NCBI GenBank assembly: GCA_903913885.1
Contig: CAIWMX010000009.1
Span: 1,176-65,175, forward strand
From: an uncultured Bacteroidales bacterium
GTDB lineage: Bacteria; Bacteroidota; Bacteroidia; Bacteroidales; FEN-979
Direction of reading: 5' to 3'
Length of the DNA: 64,000 nucleotides
Part shown: piece by piece, positions 55,385 to 63,648 of the stretch
Numbering within the stretch: position 1 is the stretch's first letter
How the letters are laid out: each line of letters begins with the position of its first letter
Notes under the pieces: generated by a model
Told to the model about the DNA's origin: nothing
Database searches by the model: none
What the model saw: only the letters and a program-made list of their open reading frames with translations
Made by a program: the position numbers and the translations under genes

Positions 55385-56839
55385 TTAATTCTTATCCCAG
55401 AACAGTTTAGTAGTAACAGCATCTCCGCCAATGGCTGCAGCTGCAGCGGTATAGTTGGCTCCATTGAGGGTTTGTTCAACCACCGGGAAGGTAAGACGAA
55501 CAGGGATGTCTGTTTTGGCATCAGCAGGGGCAACCAGGACCGGGAAATCCAACAATCTCCAGGAAGTCCAGGCTTCGAAGCCGCGATTGTACAAACCGAG
55601 CCATTTCTGTTCACCGATCTTCTGTTTCCAGGTGCCTGTTGCTGTGGCATAGGCAACTTTAGTCTGTCCCAGGTATGCTGAAATCTCAGCCGGGGTACCG
55701 CCCCAATACTCTATTGAGCGGGTGATGGCGAGGTTGTAATGGTCAGCAGCAGTTCCGCCAACAGTGAATCCTCTTGCAGCACCTTCGGCCAGTAAGAATT
55801 CGGTTTCTTCAGCATCGAAAATGAGTGCCTCGAACGTCGGGGCCTGGATGGGATCGGAAACGTGTGAATACTGGGTGTAATCGTTTGAAGCGCCATAAAC
55901 ACCGCCAACATAGGCTAGTTTAGTTGTTCCAACGACAGAGGAAGTGTCAACCTGGGTAAAATAAAATGGCAACCTCGGGTCGTTGAGGTCATTCATTTTA
56001 TTGATATAGGTATCAGCGCCAACAAAGTCATGACGGCCACTGGCAACCAGGTTTTCATAAATCGGGTTATCATTGGGCTGGGAAGTCAGGTAGATAAGTC
56101 TGGCATTATCAGCGTTGGAAGTAAGCGCACCGGGAGCGGCTGCTTCAACGGTTGCTTTGGCCAGGGCAGGTTCAACATCTGAAAGGAGCATGCCCATCCT
56201 TAATTTCAGGGAATTGGCAAATTTCAGCCACTTGCTTACATCGCCGCCATACATGTTGTCGGATGCATCAAGGCTGCCGTAACTTGGATTCATTTTTCCG
56301 ATGGCAGCATTCAGGCGGGCTATCAGGTCTTTGTAAACAGTAAGACCATCATCATACTTCGGTAAAAGAACACCGTCTGTTAATGCTTGGGTATAAGGAA
56401 CATTGCCAAATGATTCAACGAGGATGCTGTAAGTATAAACATTCATTACCTCAATGATGGCCAGTTTGTTCTCCAGAACGGCCGCATTATCGCCAGGTTT
56501 ATTGCCTGAGGCTTTAATTACTTTGGCAGATTCGTCGAGGTTTTTCAGCACGCTTACGTACAGCTGGTTCCAGTGGCTTGCGGGAATCGGCCTGGTGATG
56601 ATGTCGTAATTGCTTTCATCCGTATAGGTTGTTTCTGTCCATTGCTGAACAAACATTCTCCAGATATTCAGGTTCACGTTGGGGGTGGTCATCTGGTCGA
56701 ACAGACGCTTCTGGGCTGCGGTAAACAGCGATTCACCGGGTACACTGGTCGGATCCTTGATGTTCTTATTCAGATTCTCCAGTTTCGTGCAGGACGAAAA
56801 CACCAGGATCACCAGGAAAATTGATAATATCTTTTTCAT
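55385..56839 (-). CDS. SusD/RagB-family nutrient-binding outer-membrane lipoprotein
   Basis: 484 aa. Lipobox VFSSCTK, helical TPR-like body, located immediately downstream of a SusC-type gene. Confidence 0.8.
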   Translation of the reverse strand: MKKILSIFLVILVFSSCTKLENLNKNIKDPTSVPGESLFTAAQKRLFDQMTTPNVNLNIWRMFVQQWTETTYTDESNYDIITRPIPASHWNQLYVSVLKNLDESAKVIKASGNKPGDNAAVLENKLAIIEVMNVYTYSILVESFGNVPYTQALTDGVLLPKYDDGLTVYKDLIARLNAAIGKMNPSYGSLDASDNMYGGDVSKWLKFANSLKLRMGMLLSDVEPALAKATVEAAAPGALTSNADNARLIYLTSQPNDNPIYENLVASGRHDFVGADTYINKMNDLNDPRLPFYFTQVDTSSVVGTTKLAYVGGVYGASNDYTQYSHVSDPIQAPTFEALIFDAEETEFLLAEGAARGFTVGGTAADHYNLAITRSIEYWGGTPAEISAYLGQTKVAYATATGTWKQKIGEQKWLGLYNRGFEAWTSWRLLDFPVLVAPADAKTDIPVRLTFPVVEQTLNGANYTAAAAAIGGDAVTTKLFWDKN

Positions 56840-56850
56840 GATTTTTTAAT

Positions 56851-59800
56851 TTAGAAGGTGAGTTTTACGTTAAAGCTAAAATCACGGGTCGTAGGCAATG
56901 AACCTGTAGTGTACCCTTGCAGGTTACCCGCGCCGAGTCCTGATTCAGGATCTGCGTATGGTAAGTTCTTGAACAGGATCCAAACGTTGGATGCCACAGC
57001 GGTAAATGTTACACCGGTAATGAAACATTTTTTCAGCAGGGAGGAAGGCAACGCATAGGATAATGAAACCTGGCGTAATTTGATATAGCTTGCATCGTAA
57101 ACAAACGCTTTATTGGGAAGTCTTACGTAACCAAAAGCACCGTAGTTGGACGCGGCTAATCTGGTTGTATTCGGGGTAACAACTCCGGTAGCACTTACCT
57201 GAACGCCAGGGTTGATGAAACCACCGCTCGTTGAAGCATAACCTTTGGAATGGTCTGCAGGGTCGGCCCAAACGATAAGATCTCTTACAGGGTTGCCAAG
57301 GTCGTTGGTGTAGGCTGTTTCCTTGTAGATACCTGTTGCAAGTCCGTAATACATATCCAGAGAGAAAATATCGCCGCCTTTTTGTACGTCGAACAGGAAG
57401 GCAAACGACCAGTTCTTGTAGGTCAGGTTGTTCAGAACGCCGCCGGTCCAGTCGGGATTCATGTTTCCGATCACATTGTCTGATTTGGTTGTCATCTGGT
57501 ATGCACCGTTGGATTTCACGACTTTTTGTCCGCTGTTATAAACATAGTCAGTTCCGTAAAGAACGCCGTAAGGTTGTCCCACCATGGCATTGAGGGTAAC
57601 ACCGCCCTGGAATGATCCCAGTTGGAGGGTGTTAATGCCTTCTTTCAGAGCGATAACCTTGTTCCTGTTCATTGCCCAGTTTACAGTCACATCCCATTTG
57701 AAGTTTTTGTTTTTGCAGGGAGTTGCGTGGAGAGCTAATTCAACCCCCTGGTTCTGGATCTCGCCGGCATTGATCACTTCGTAGTAGAATCCGGTTGCAG
57801 AGGAAACGGGGAGGGGCAGAATCTGGTTAACGGTGTTGGTTTTATACAACGCCAGGTCAAATCCAAGTCTTTTGCCAAGGAAGTACATTTCAAGACCACC
57901 TTCAATACTCGTGGTAAGTTCAGGTTTCAGATCCGGGTCTTTCTTAGTCGTGGGTACGGTGGTTGAAAGAACATAGAACGGAGTATTGATAACGTAGTTG
58001 TTGACCAGCTGATCGAAAGTTGCACTGTTTCCTACTTTGGCGTAATTTAAACGAACTTTTCCAAAAGAGAGCCATTTGGCATCAGGCATAACGTTTGAGA
58101 AAACAAAGCTTCCGGCAACTGACGGGTAATAGTAGCTGCTGTTGGCCGAAGGCAATGTTGAAGCGTGATCGTTCCTGAGGGTAGCGTCGAGGTATAAAAA
58201 GTTTTTATAACCGAGGGAAGCGCTGGCATAGATACCATTTACACCAACCTTGGAAGCAAGTTCCTTGGGAAGGGGCAGCGGGCCTACACTATTTGCCAGC
58301 GAGTAAAGATCGGAAATCCGGAGACCACCGCTGGTGGAGGAGATCAAACGGTCATAATTGGTCCGTCTGATGTTCATACCGAGAACGGCTTTCAGGTTGA
58401 AGGATTTGGAAAGATCCTTGTTGAAATTGGCCATAGCGTCATAGTTGTATTCGCTGTAACGGATATCCCTTCTGAGATAGCCTGAACTCTGGTCGCTTCT
58501 GCCACCGCTGCCGTCGGCTCCGGTGGTTCCGATACCAAACGTGGCTGCAATGCTACCGATGGCTCTTCTTTCTTCCTGCAATTCCGTATAGGTATCAACT
58601 GAAAAACGTCCAAAAAGGCTTAACCAGTCGGTGATTTTATAATTTGCACTGAGATTCCCAATAAAACGGTTTCTTTTATCAGTTTCATAGTTCTCATAAC
58701 GGGTCCAGTAATAGTTGTCCCAGAAAATAGGCTGTGCATCCGACGGGTCGGCATAGTTCCAAGTGGCGTTACGCCCGGTCAGGTTATACATGTTCTTCAG
58801 GTCTTTCATGTCAACGTTGGTTTCCATCCACTGACGCATGGATGTGAGAATGTTGTCATTGTAACCGGTTGAGTTACGGCCTGTGGTATTGTTGAGCGAA
58901 TAGTTGCCAAATCCTGTAACAGTCAGTTTGCTGTTCACGTTCCATGTTCCGTTCAACGAAACATTGTTCTTGATCATCTGGCTGTTCGGCATGAGACCGT
59001 TCTGTTTGTAGTTGGTATAAGCCAACCTGTAACTGCCAAGGCTGGAGGCGTTATCCAGGGCAACCGAATTGGTGAAGGTCACCGGGTTCTCAAAGAAGGT
59101 AACTGGGCCATTGGCGGCGGGAAGCCAGGGGGTAGCTTTAAGGTAACCGGGTGACTGCGGGTCAACGGCTGTCCACTGGTAAGTAGGTGAACCATCGAAT
59201 CTTGCACCATAGGAGGCATCTTCCGAAGTAGTAACCCATTTGGTAAGCTTACTATTGGCATCAACCGGGTTTATGGTGATGGAACCATCGGTGTTGATAT
59301 AACGCATATACCAGTTGCTGCCGGGGCCATCATAATAGTGACCGTAGCCACCGCCGTATTCCTGCTGGTATTCGGGGAAGGTCGATTTGTCAACAAAACC
59401 AACTGTAACGCCTGAATTCAGGGTGACACCCACGCTTTTTTTTCCTGATGCGGTTGATCCGGCACCTTTTTTGGTGGTGATCATGATCACACCATTGGCA
59501 GCGCGCGAACCGTACAGAGCAGTAGCGGCCGAGCCTTTCAAAACGTTGATGGTTTCAATATCGTCGGGGTTGATGTCGGAAGCATCATTGCCATAGTCAT
59601 AACCCTGGCCGGCCTGTTGCTGGTTGGTCGAGTTCGTGACACTGTTGTTCACGGGAACCCCGTCAATAACAAACATCGCCTGGTTGTCACCGGTCAGGGA
59701 TTTGGTACCTCTTAAAGTGATGTTGGTTGAACCACCCATGTTGGTGGTTGCCCTTACCTGAACACCGGCAACCCTGCCCGAAAGGGAGTTGACAAAGTTA

Positions 59801-60210
59801 TCGGTCTGCACTTTGTTGAGATCGCTCCCGCTTACTTCCTGGGTAGCATAGCCGAGTGACTTCTTCTCCCTGGGAATACCAAGTGCGGTAACAACAACGC
59901 CTTCAAGTTCCCGTACACTGGCAGCTAAAACAACGTTGGCAACATTGTCAGCGCCAAGTTTGAGCTCCTGCGATACCATCCCGACGTAAGAGAACAGCAG
60001 CACATCCTTATCCTTGGGCACACTCAGGGAGTATTTCCCGTCAACATCAGTAATGGTCCCGACAGCGGTGCCTTTGACCATGACGGTGGCACCCGGAATT
60101 CCGGCACCATCATCAGAACTTGTTACCTTGCCCGTAATCGTACGCTGGGCGCTGGCAACTTGCAACCCTATGAAAAGCATAAGGGCAAGGAAAATAGTAA
60201 ATTTTCTCAT
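56851..60210 (-). CDS. SusC/RagA-family TonB-linked outer-membrane transporter
   Basis: 1119 aa. CarboxypepD_reg N-terminus (ITGKVTSSDDGAGIPGATVMVKGT..GT.TD.DGKYSL), plug (NVLKGSAATALYGSRAANGVIMITTKKG), a large barrel and a C-terminal ...NVKLTF. Confidence 0.92.
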   Translation of the reverse strand: MRKFTIFLALMLFIGLQVASAQRTITGKVTSSDDGAGIPGATVMVKGTAVGTITDVDGKYSLSVPKDKDVLLFSYVGMVSQELKLGADNVANVVLAASVRELEGVVVTALGIPREKKSLGYATQEVSGSDLNKVQTDNFVNSLSGRVAGVQVRATTNMGGSTNITLRGTKSLTGDNQAMFVIDGVPVNNSVTNSTNQQQAGQGYDYGNDASDINPDDIETINVLKGSAATALYGSRAANGVIMITTKKGAGSTASGKKSVGVTLNSGVTVGFVDKSTFPEYQQEYGGGYGHYYDGPGSNWYMRYINTDGSITINPVDANSKLTKWVTTSEDASYGARFDGSPTYQWTAVDPQSPGYLKATPWLPAANGPVTFFENPVTFTNSVALDNASSLGSYRLAYTNYKQNGLMPNSQMIKNNVSLNGTWNVNSKLTVTGFGNYSLNNTTGRNSTGYNDNILTSMRQWMETNVDMKDLKNMYNLTGRNATWNYADPSDAQPIFWDNYYWTRYENYETDKRNRFIGNLSANYKITDWLSLFGRFSVDTYTELQEERRAIGSIAATFGIGTTGADGSGGRSDQSSGYLRRDIRYSEYNYDAMANFNKDLSKSFNLKAVLGMNIRRTNYDRLISSTSGGLRISDLYSLANSVGPLPLPKELASKVGVNGIYASASLGYKNFLYLDATLRNDHASTLPSANSSYYYPSVAGSFVFSNVMPDAKWLSFGKVRLNYAKVGNSATFDQLVNNYVINTPFYVLSTTVPTTKKDPDLKPELTTSIEGGLEMYFLGKRLGFDLALYKTNTVNQILPLPVSSATGFYYEVINAGEIQNQGVELALHATPCKNKNFKWDVTVNWAMNRNKVIALKEGINTLQLGSFQGGVTLNAMVGQPYGVLYGTDYVYNSGQKVVKSNGAYQMTTKSDNVIGNMNPDWTGGVLNNLTYKNWSFAFLFDVQKGGDIFSLDMYYGLATGIYKETAYTNDLGNPVRDLIVWADPADHSKGYASTSGGFINPGVQVSATGVVTPNTTRLAASNYGAFGYVRLPNKAFVYDASYIKLRQVSLSYALPSSLLKKCFITGVTFTAVASNVWILFKNLPYADPESGLGAGNLQGYTTGSLPTTRDFSFNVKLTF

Positions 60211-60496
60211 ACAGTTTGATTTTAGTTAGTAAATGTATTAATTATCAGTGATCTATTTAAATTCATTCGGGAGTATGGCGTGATATGAGCCAACTGAATG
60301 GTATATATATGGAGGTTTTTCTTCAAAGAGGTTTATTTCAACTGCAAGTTTAAGAAATAGTTTTTATGTAACAAACAAGATTTTAACAAAAATTTAATAA
60401 TAATTTAACAATGTTTGTTAATTCACACCGGCCGGGGTCGTCAGGGGGAAAACATAACAAGGCAATCTCGGGCTAAGGTATTGTCAGTCAAACTGG

Positions 60497-60922
60497 TTAG
60501 TTCAGTTTTCTGAAAAAAAGGCCAAAAAGGAGCAGCAGGAAGATATTTACCATGGTTGTACCGGTGCTGATTTGCGGCTGAAGTGCCTGCCAGGCAGAAA
60601 TTATAAGACAGGAAGGCGCCAGCAGCCAGAAACCGGTCCTTTTACCAGACCAAATGAAAAGGGCACCTCCGAATGCCAGCAGGTTGAAGAGGAATCCTGA
60701 AGAGAAAAGGACAAGCAAATGGTTGTGGGAATAGGCATTTTCAGGAACATAGAGGTTTCGCACGCGCGTGATGGTCCCCGAGTAGAAGATACATGTGAAA
60801 AAGAGCATTGAAAGCAACGCAAAATAAACAAAGGCGAACAGGCACAACACAGTTAGCAAAACAGGTCGTGTCCTGGCCTTCACATCCCCGGCAACATCAA
60901 TATTCACGGCCTCCTTGTTCAT
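60497..60922 (-). CDS. Hypothetical 4-TM membrane protein
   Basis: 141 aa with four hydrophobic segments. Starts 1 nt after the upstream gene. Confidence 0.55.
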   Translation of the reverse strand: MNKEAVNIDVAGDVKARTRPVLLTVLCLFAFVYFALLSMLFFTCIFYSGTITRVRNLYVPENAYSHNHLLVLFSSGFLFNLLAFGGALFIWSGKRTGFWLLAPSCLIISAWQALQPQISTGTTMVNIFLLLLFGLFFRKLN

Positions 60923-60923
60923 G

Positions 60924-61364
60924 TCAGGTCATAAATTTGAGGTTCATGCTGTACAGATAGATGAAAAGCCCTGAAAACACAAGGTCGAAAAGCCCCGGTG
61001 CGGGCAGGTGCATGAAATACATGGTTGCAAGGATGAGCAGGATCTGAAAGATTGTATAGATGTGAAACCCTGCTTTCTTTTGGCGCATCATAAGGATAGC
61101 CCCCGCAATTGAACCGGCAAACAACACGGCCGACACAATAAAAAAAACCGGGCCGGGTGCAAGCAACTGATCGATACCGGGCAATTTGAACTTTTCGCTG
61201 ATTTCCGGGGCAATCTGAAGGAAAACATCATAAAACCCGGCAATGACCAGGTTGGAAAACAGATACAGCCCGCTCCAGATGAAGGTGAGAATACAGAGTA
61301 TGGTGAGCATGTTGGGGCGTTTGGGCTGTGCTTCGGGCAGCTGCTCCTGTGTTGTGTCTTCCAT
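60924..61364 (-). CDS. Hypothetical 4-TM membrane protein
   Basis: 146 aa. Topology resembles the neighbouring gene product (possibly a distant paralog). Starts 3 nt after the upstream gene. Confidence 0.55.
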   Translation of the reverse strand: MEDTTQEQLPEAQPKRPNMLTILCILTFIWSGLYLFSNLVIAGFYDVFLQIAPEISEKFKLPGIDQLLAPGPVFFIVSAVLFAGSIAGAILMMRQKKAGFHIYTIFQILLILATMYFMHLPAPGLFDLVFSGLFIYLYSMNLKFMT

Positions 61365-61367
61365 TAT

Positions 61368-61763
61368 TTATGCGCCAAAATTAGATTTGTCTCCAACATA
61401 AACTGCTTTGCCGAATCCCAGGATAGGGATAAATATCCATCGCAGGAAAAATAAACCGACAGTAAAACCTGAGCTTTTGCCGAAGCTTTTTGATAACCCG
61501 TCCAGGGTGATAATAAGAATCACCAGATTCACAACGGGGATCATCATCAACAGGATATACCACCAGGGTTTTCCGGCAATTTTAATACCAATAAGTAAAT
61601 TGTAAACAGGAATAATTGCTGCCCAGCCGGGTTCACCGGCCTTTTCGAACATATACCAGGCTCCTGCGATCTCGACCACGGCAGTTGTGAGTGCAAAGAT
61701 GAGGATGGGGATGATCAGGGCCAGGATAAACGGCCAGAACGGGATAGAATCGGTGATTTCCAT
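61368..61763 (-). CDS. DUF5684-like small membrane protein
   Basis: 131 aa. WYMFEKAGEPGWAAIIPVYNLLIGIKIAGKPWWYILLMMIPVVNLV resembles the DUF5684 signature. Confidence 0.6.
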   Translation of the reverse strand: MEITDSIPFWPFILALIIPILIFALTTAVVEIAGAWYMFEKAGEPGWAAIIPVYNLLIGIKIAGKPWWYILLMMIPVVNLVILIITLDGLSKSFGKSSGFTVGLFFLRWIFIPILGFGKAVYVGDKSNFGA

Positions 61764-61826
61764 ACGACGGTTTTTTTATGGGTTAATGATTGGGTGTGCT
61801 TAGCAGGGGTGTTCGTAACAACAAGT

Positions 61827-61958
61827 GAAAATGTTCACGCAGATTTGAGCGGATTTTTATTCGCAGATTCACGCAGAATTATACCAACAGGAGGCTTATT
61901 CCGCAAAAATCTGCGATTATATCTGCGTAAATCTGCGCAAATCCGCGTGAACATTTTC
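61827..61958. repeat. Long imperfect inverted repeat built from ~10-11 nt periodic CGCAGAT/GCGGAT-type units
   Basis: The outer 14 bp are perfect (GAAAATGTTCACGC / GCGTGAACATTTTC). Pairing continues to ~30 bp with 2 mismatches and 1 G-U. The arms contain cgcagattt, gcggattt, cgcagatt, cgcagaatt / aatctgcg, atctgcg, aatctgcg, aatccgcg. It starts 4 nt from the hutH stop. Confidence 0.9.
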
Positions 61959-61962
61959 CATT

Positions 61963-63486
61963 CTATTCAAGTGTTCCTAAAGTATTCTCAACTTCCGTGA
62001 GTATTTCGCATGATTTCACGAGCGCTTTCATGGCGTTGTGATCAGGATAGAGCGGTCTGTCCACTTCGAGGAAGTCAACATATTTCCTGATGACCTCCCT
62101 GGCTTTTGAGACGCCTGCCCCGAATTTATATTCCCTGAAATCCAGGGCCTGGGCGGCAGCCATCAGTTCAATTCCAAGAATGCCGTAAGCGTTGTCGAGA
62201 ATCTGGAAGTTTTTCAGGGCCGTGTTCATGCCCATGGAAACGAAGTCTTCCTGGTCGGCTGCGGCCGGAATCGACTGGATTGATGCAGGCGCTGAGAGAA
62301 TTCGTTGTTCAACGATCTGCATATCGGCAGTGTACTGGCTTAACATGAGACCGCTGAACATGCCGGCTCCCTTGGTCAGGAAAGCAGGCAGCCCAACGCT
62401 CAGGGCGGGGTTGTTCAACCGGTTCATCCGGCGTTCGCTCATAACGCTGACCATGGTGATCACATAACCAGCCATATCCATTGGTACAGAAACGGGCGAA
62501 CCCTGGAAATTGGCTCCCGAGAGCTGAAGATTTTCTTCGGGGAAGAATATCGGGTTATCGCCCACGCCGTTCAGTTCAATCTCCACCTGCGACCTTGCAT
62601 AGGCCAGCGCATCATGAGCGGCGCCGATGACCTGGGGTGTGGAACGCATGGAATAAGCATCCTGGACCTTGCATTTCACCTTTCCTTCCACGAGATCACC
62701 CCCGGTAACACATTTAAGAATGGCTGCAGCGCTACGCACAGCTCCTTTAAATCCACGGATTTCATGGAGTTTCGGACTGTAGGGGCGCATGTTTGCCTTC
62801 ATGGCTTCGAGCGACATGGAAGCTGCGATTTCAGCCTGTTTCAGCCAGTTATTGGCATCAAAAAGGTAAAGGGCGCTCATGGCCGTAAGCACATTGGATC
62901 CATTAATGGTGGCAAGTCCGTCGCGTGCCTGCAGTCCCGGAACAGGTATGCCGGCAGCGTCGAGCGCATCTTTACCCGGCATCAGGGTTCCCTGGTAATA
63001 AGCCTGTCCTTCGCCCATCATCAACAAGGCAATCTGCGACATGGGGGCAAGGTCGCCGCATGCACCCACCGATCCCTTCTGACAAACCATGGGCGTTACA
63101 CCCTTGTTCAGCATGTCGACAAGCGTTTGGGTGATCTCAAGACGGGAACCGGAATTGCCATGGGCATGCACGTTAATACGTCCGAGCATGGCGCCGCGTA
63201 CCCAGTCGATGGGCATTGGGTCGCCAATACCGGCGGCATGGTTGTATATCAGGTATTTCTGGAATTCCTTGACCTGGTCGTCGTTTAGCACCATTTCAGA
63301 AAATTCGCCGATACCGGTATTTACACCATACATGATTTCGTGGGCCTGAATTTTCCGCTCAAGCATCGCCCTGCATATATGTATACGTTCAACTGCTTTG
63401 GGATCAAGTTCTACTTTTTCATTGTGGCGGGCAACCCTGACCACGTCTTCAATTGTAAGGCCAGCGCCTTTTATAATTAATGTCAT
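61963..63486 (-). CDS. hutH: Histidine ammonia-lyase (MIO enzyme) with Ala-Cys-Gly in place of Ala-Ser-Gly
   Basis: 507 aa. YGVNTGIGEFSE, NHAAGIG, GSVGACGDLAPMS, NGSNVLTA, QDAYS.R and NQEDFVSMG are co-linear with bacterial HutH. The triad codons GCA-TGC-GGC are read directly at 63055-63063 (minus strand). Confidence 0.85.
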   Translation of the reverse strand: MTLIIKGAGLTIEDVVRVARHNEKVELDPKAVERIHICRAMLERKIQAHEIMYGVNTGIGEFSEMVLNDDQVKEFQKYLIYNHAAGIGDPMPIDWVRGAMLGRINVHAHGNSGSRLEITQTLVDMLNKGVTPMVCQKGSVGACGDLAPMSQIALLMMGEGQAYYQGTLMPGKDALDAAGIPVPGLQARDGLATINGSNVLTAMSALYLFDANNWLKQAEIAASMSLEAMKANMRPYSPKLHEIRGFKGAVRSAAAILKCVTGGDLVEGKVKCKVQDAYSMRSTPQVIGAAHDALAYARSQVEIELNGVGDNPIFFPEENLQLSGANFQGSPVSVPMDMAGYVITMVSVMSERRMNRLNNPALSVGLPAFLTKGAGMFSGLMLSQYTADMQIVEQRILSAPASIQSIPAAADQEDFVSMGMNTALKNFQILDNAYGILGIELMAAAQALDFREYKFGAGVSKAREVIRKYVDFLEVDRPLYPDHNAMKALVKSCEILTEVENTLGTLE

Positions 63487-63496
63487 AGCTCAATAG

Positions 63497-63524
63497 AAAT
63501 TAAAAATTAAAAACTAAAAATTAC
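63497..63524. repeat. Tandem heptamer array (AAATTAA)x4
   Basis: aaattaa aaattaa aaactaa aaattac, starting 11 nt upstream of the hutH start codon. The sense strand reads a T-rich (TTAATTT)n. Confidence 0.9.
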
Positions 63525-63540
63525 CGGAGATCACTGTTTT

Positions 63541-63571
63541 CCTGCATTCCTGCATTCATGCATTCTGCATT
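63541..63571. repeat. Tandem octamer array (CCTGCATT)x4
   Basis: cctgcatt cctgcatt catgcatt ctgcatt, in the hisS-hutH spacer. Confidence 0.9.
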
Positions 63572-63648
63572 GCCAGCTTACTCTGCTCCGATAATCATGC
63601 TGCGTGCACTAAGAATGGCTGTGGACCATGTGCGCTTCACATTTTTCT

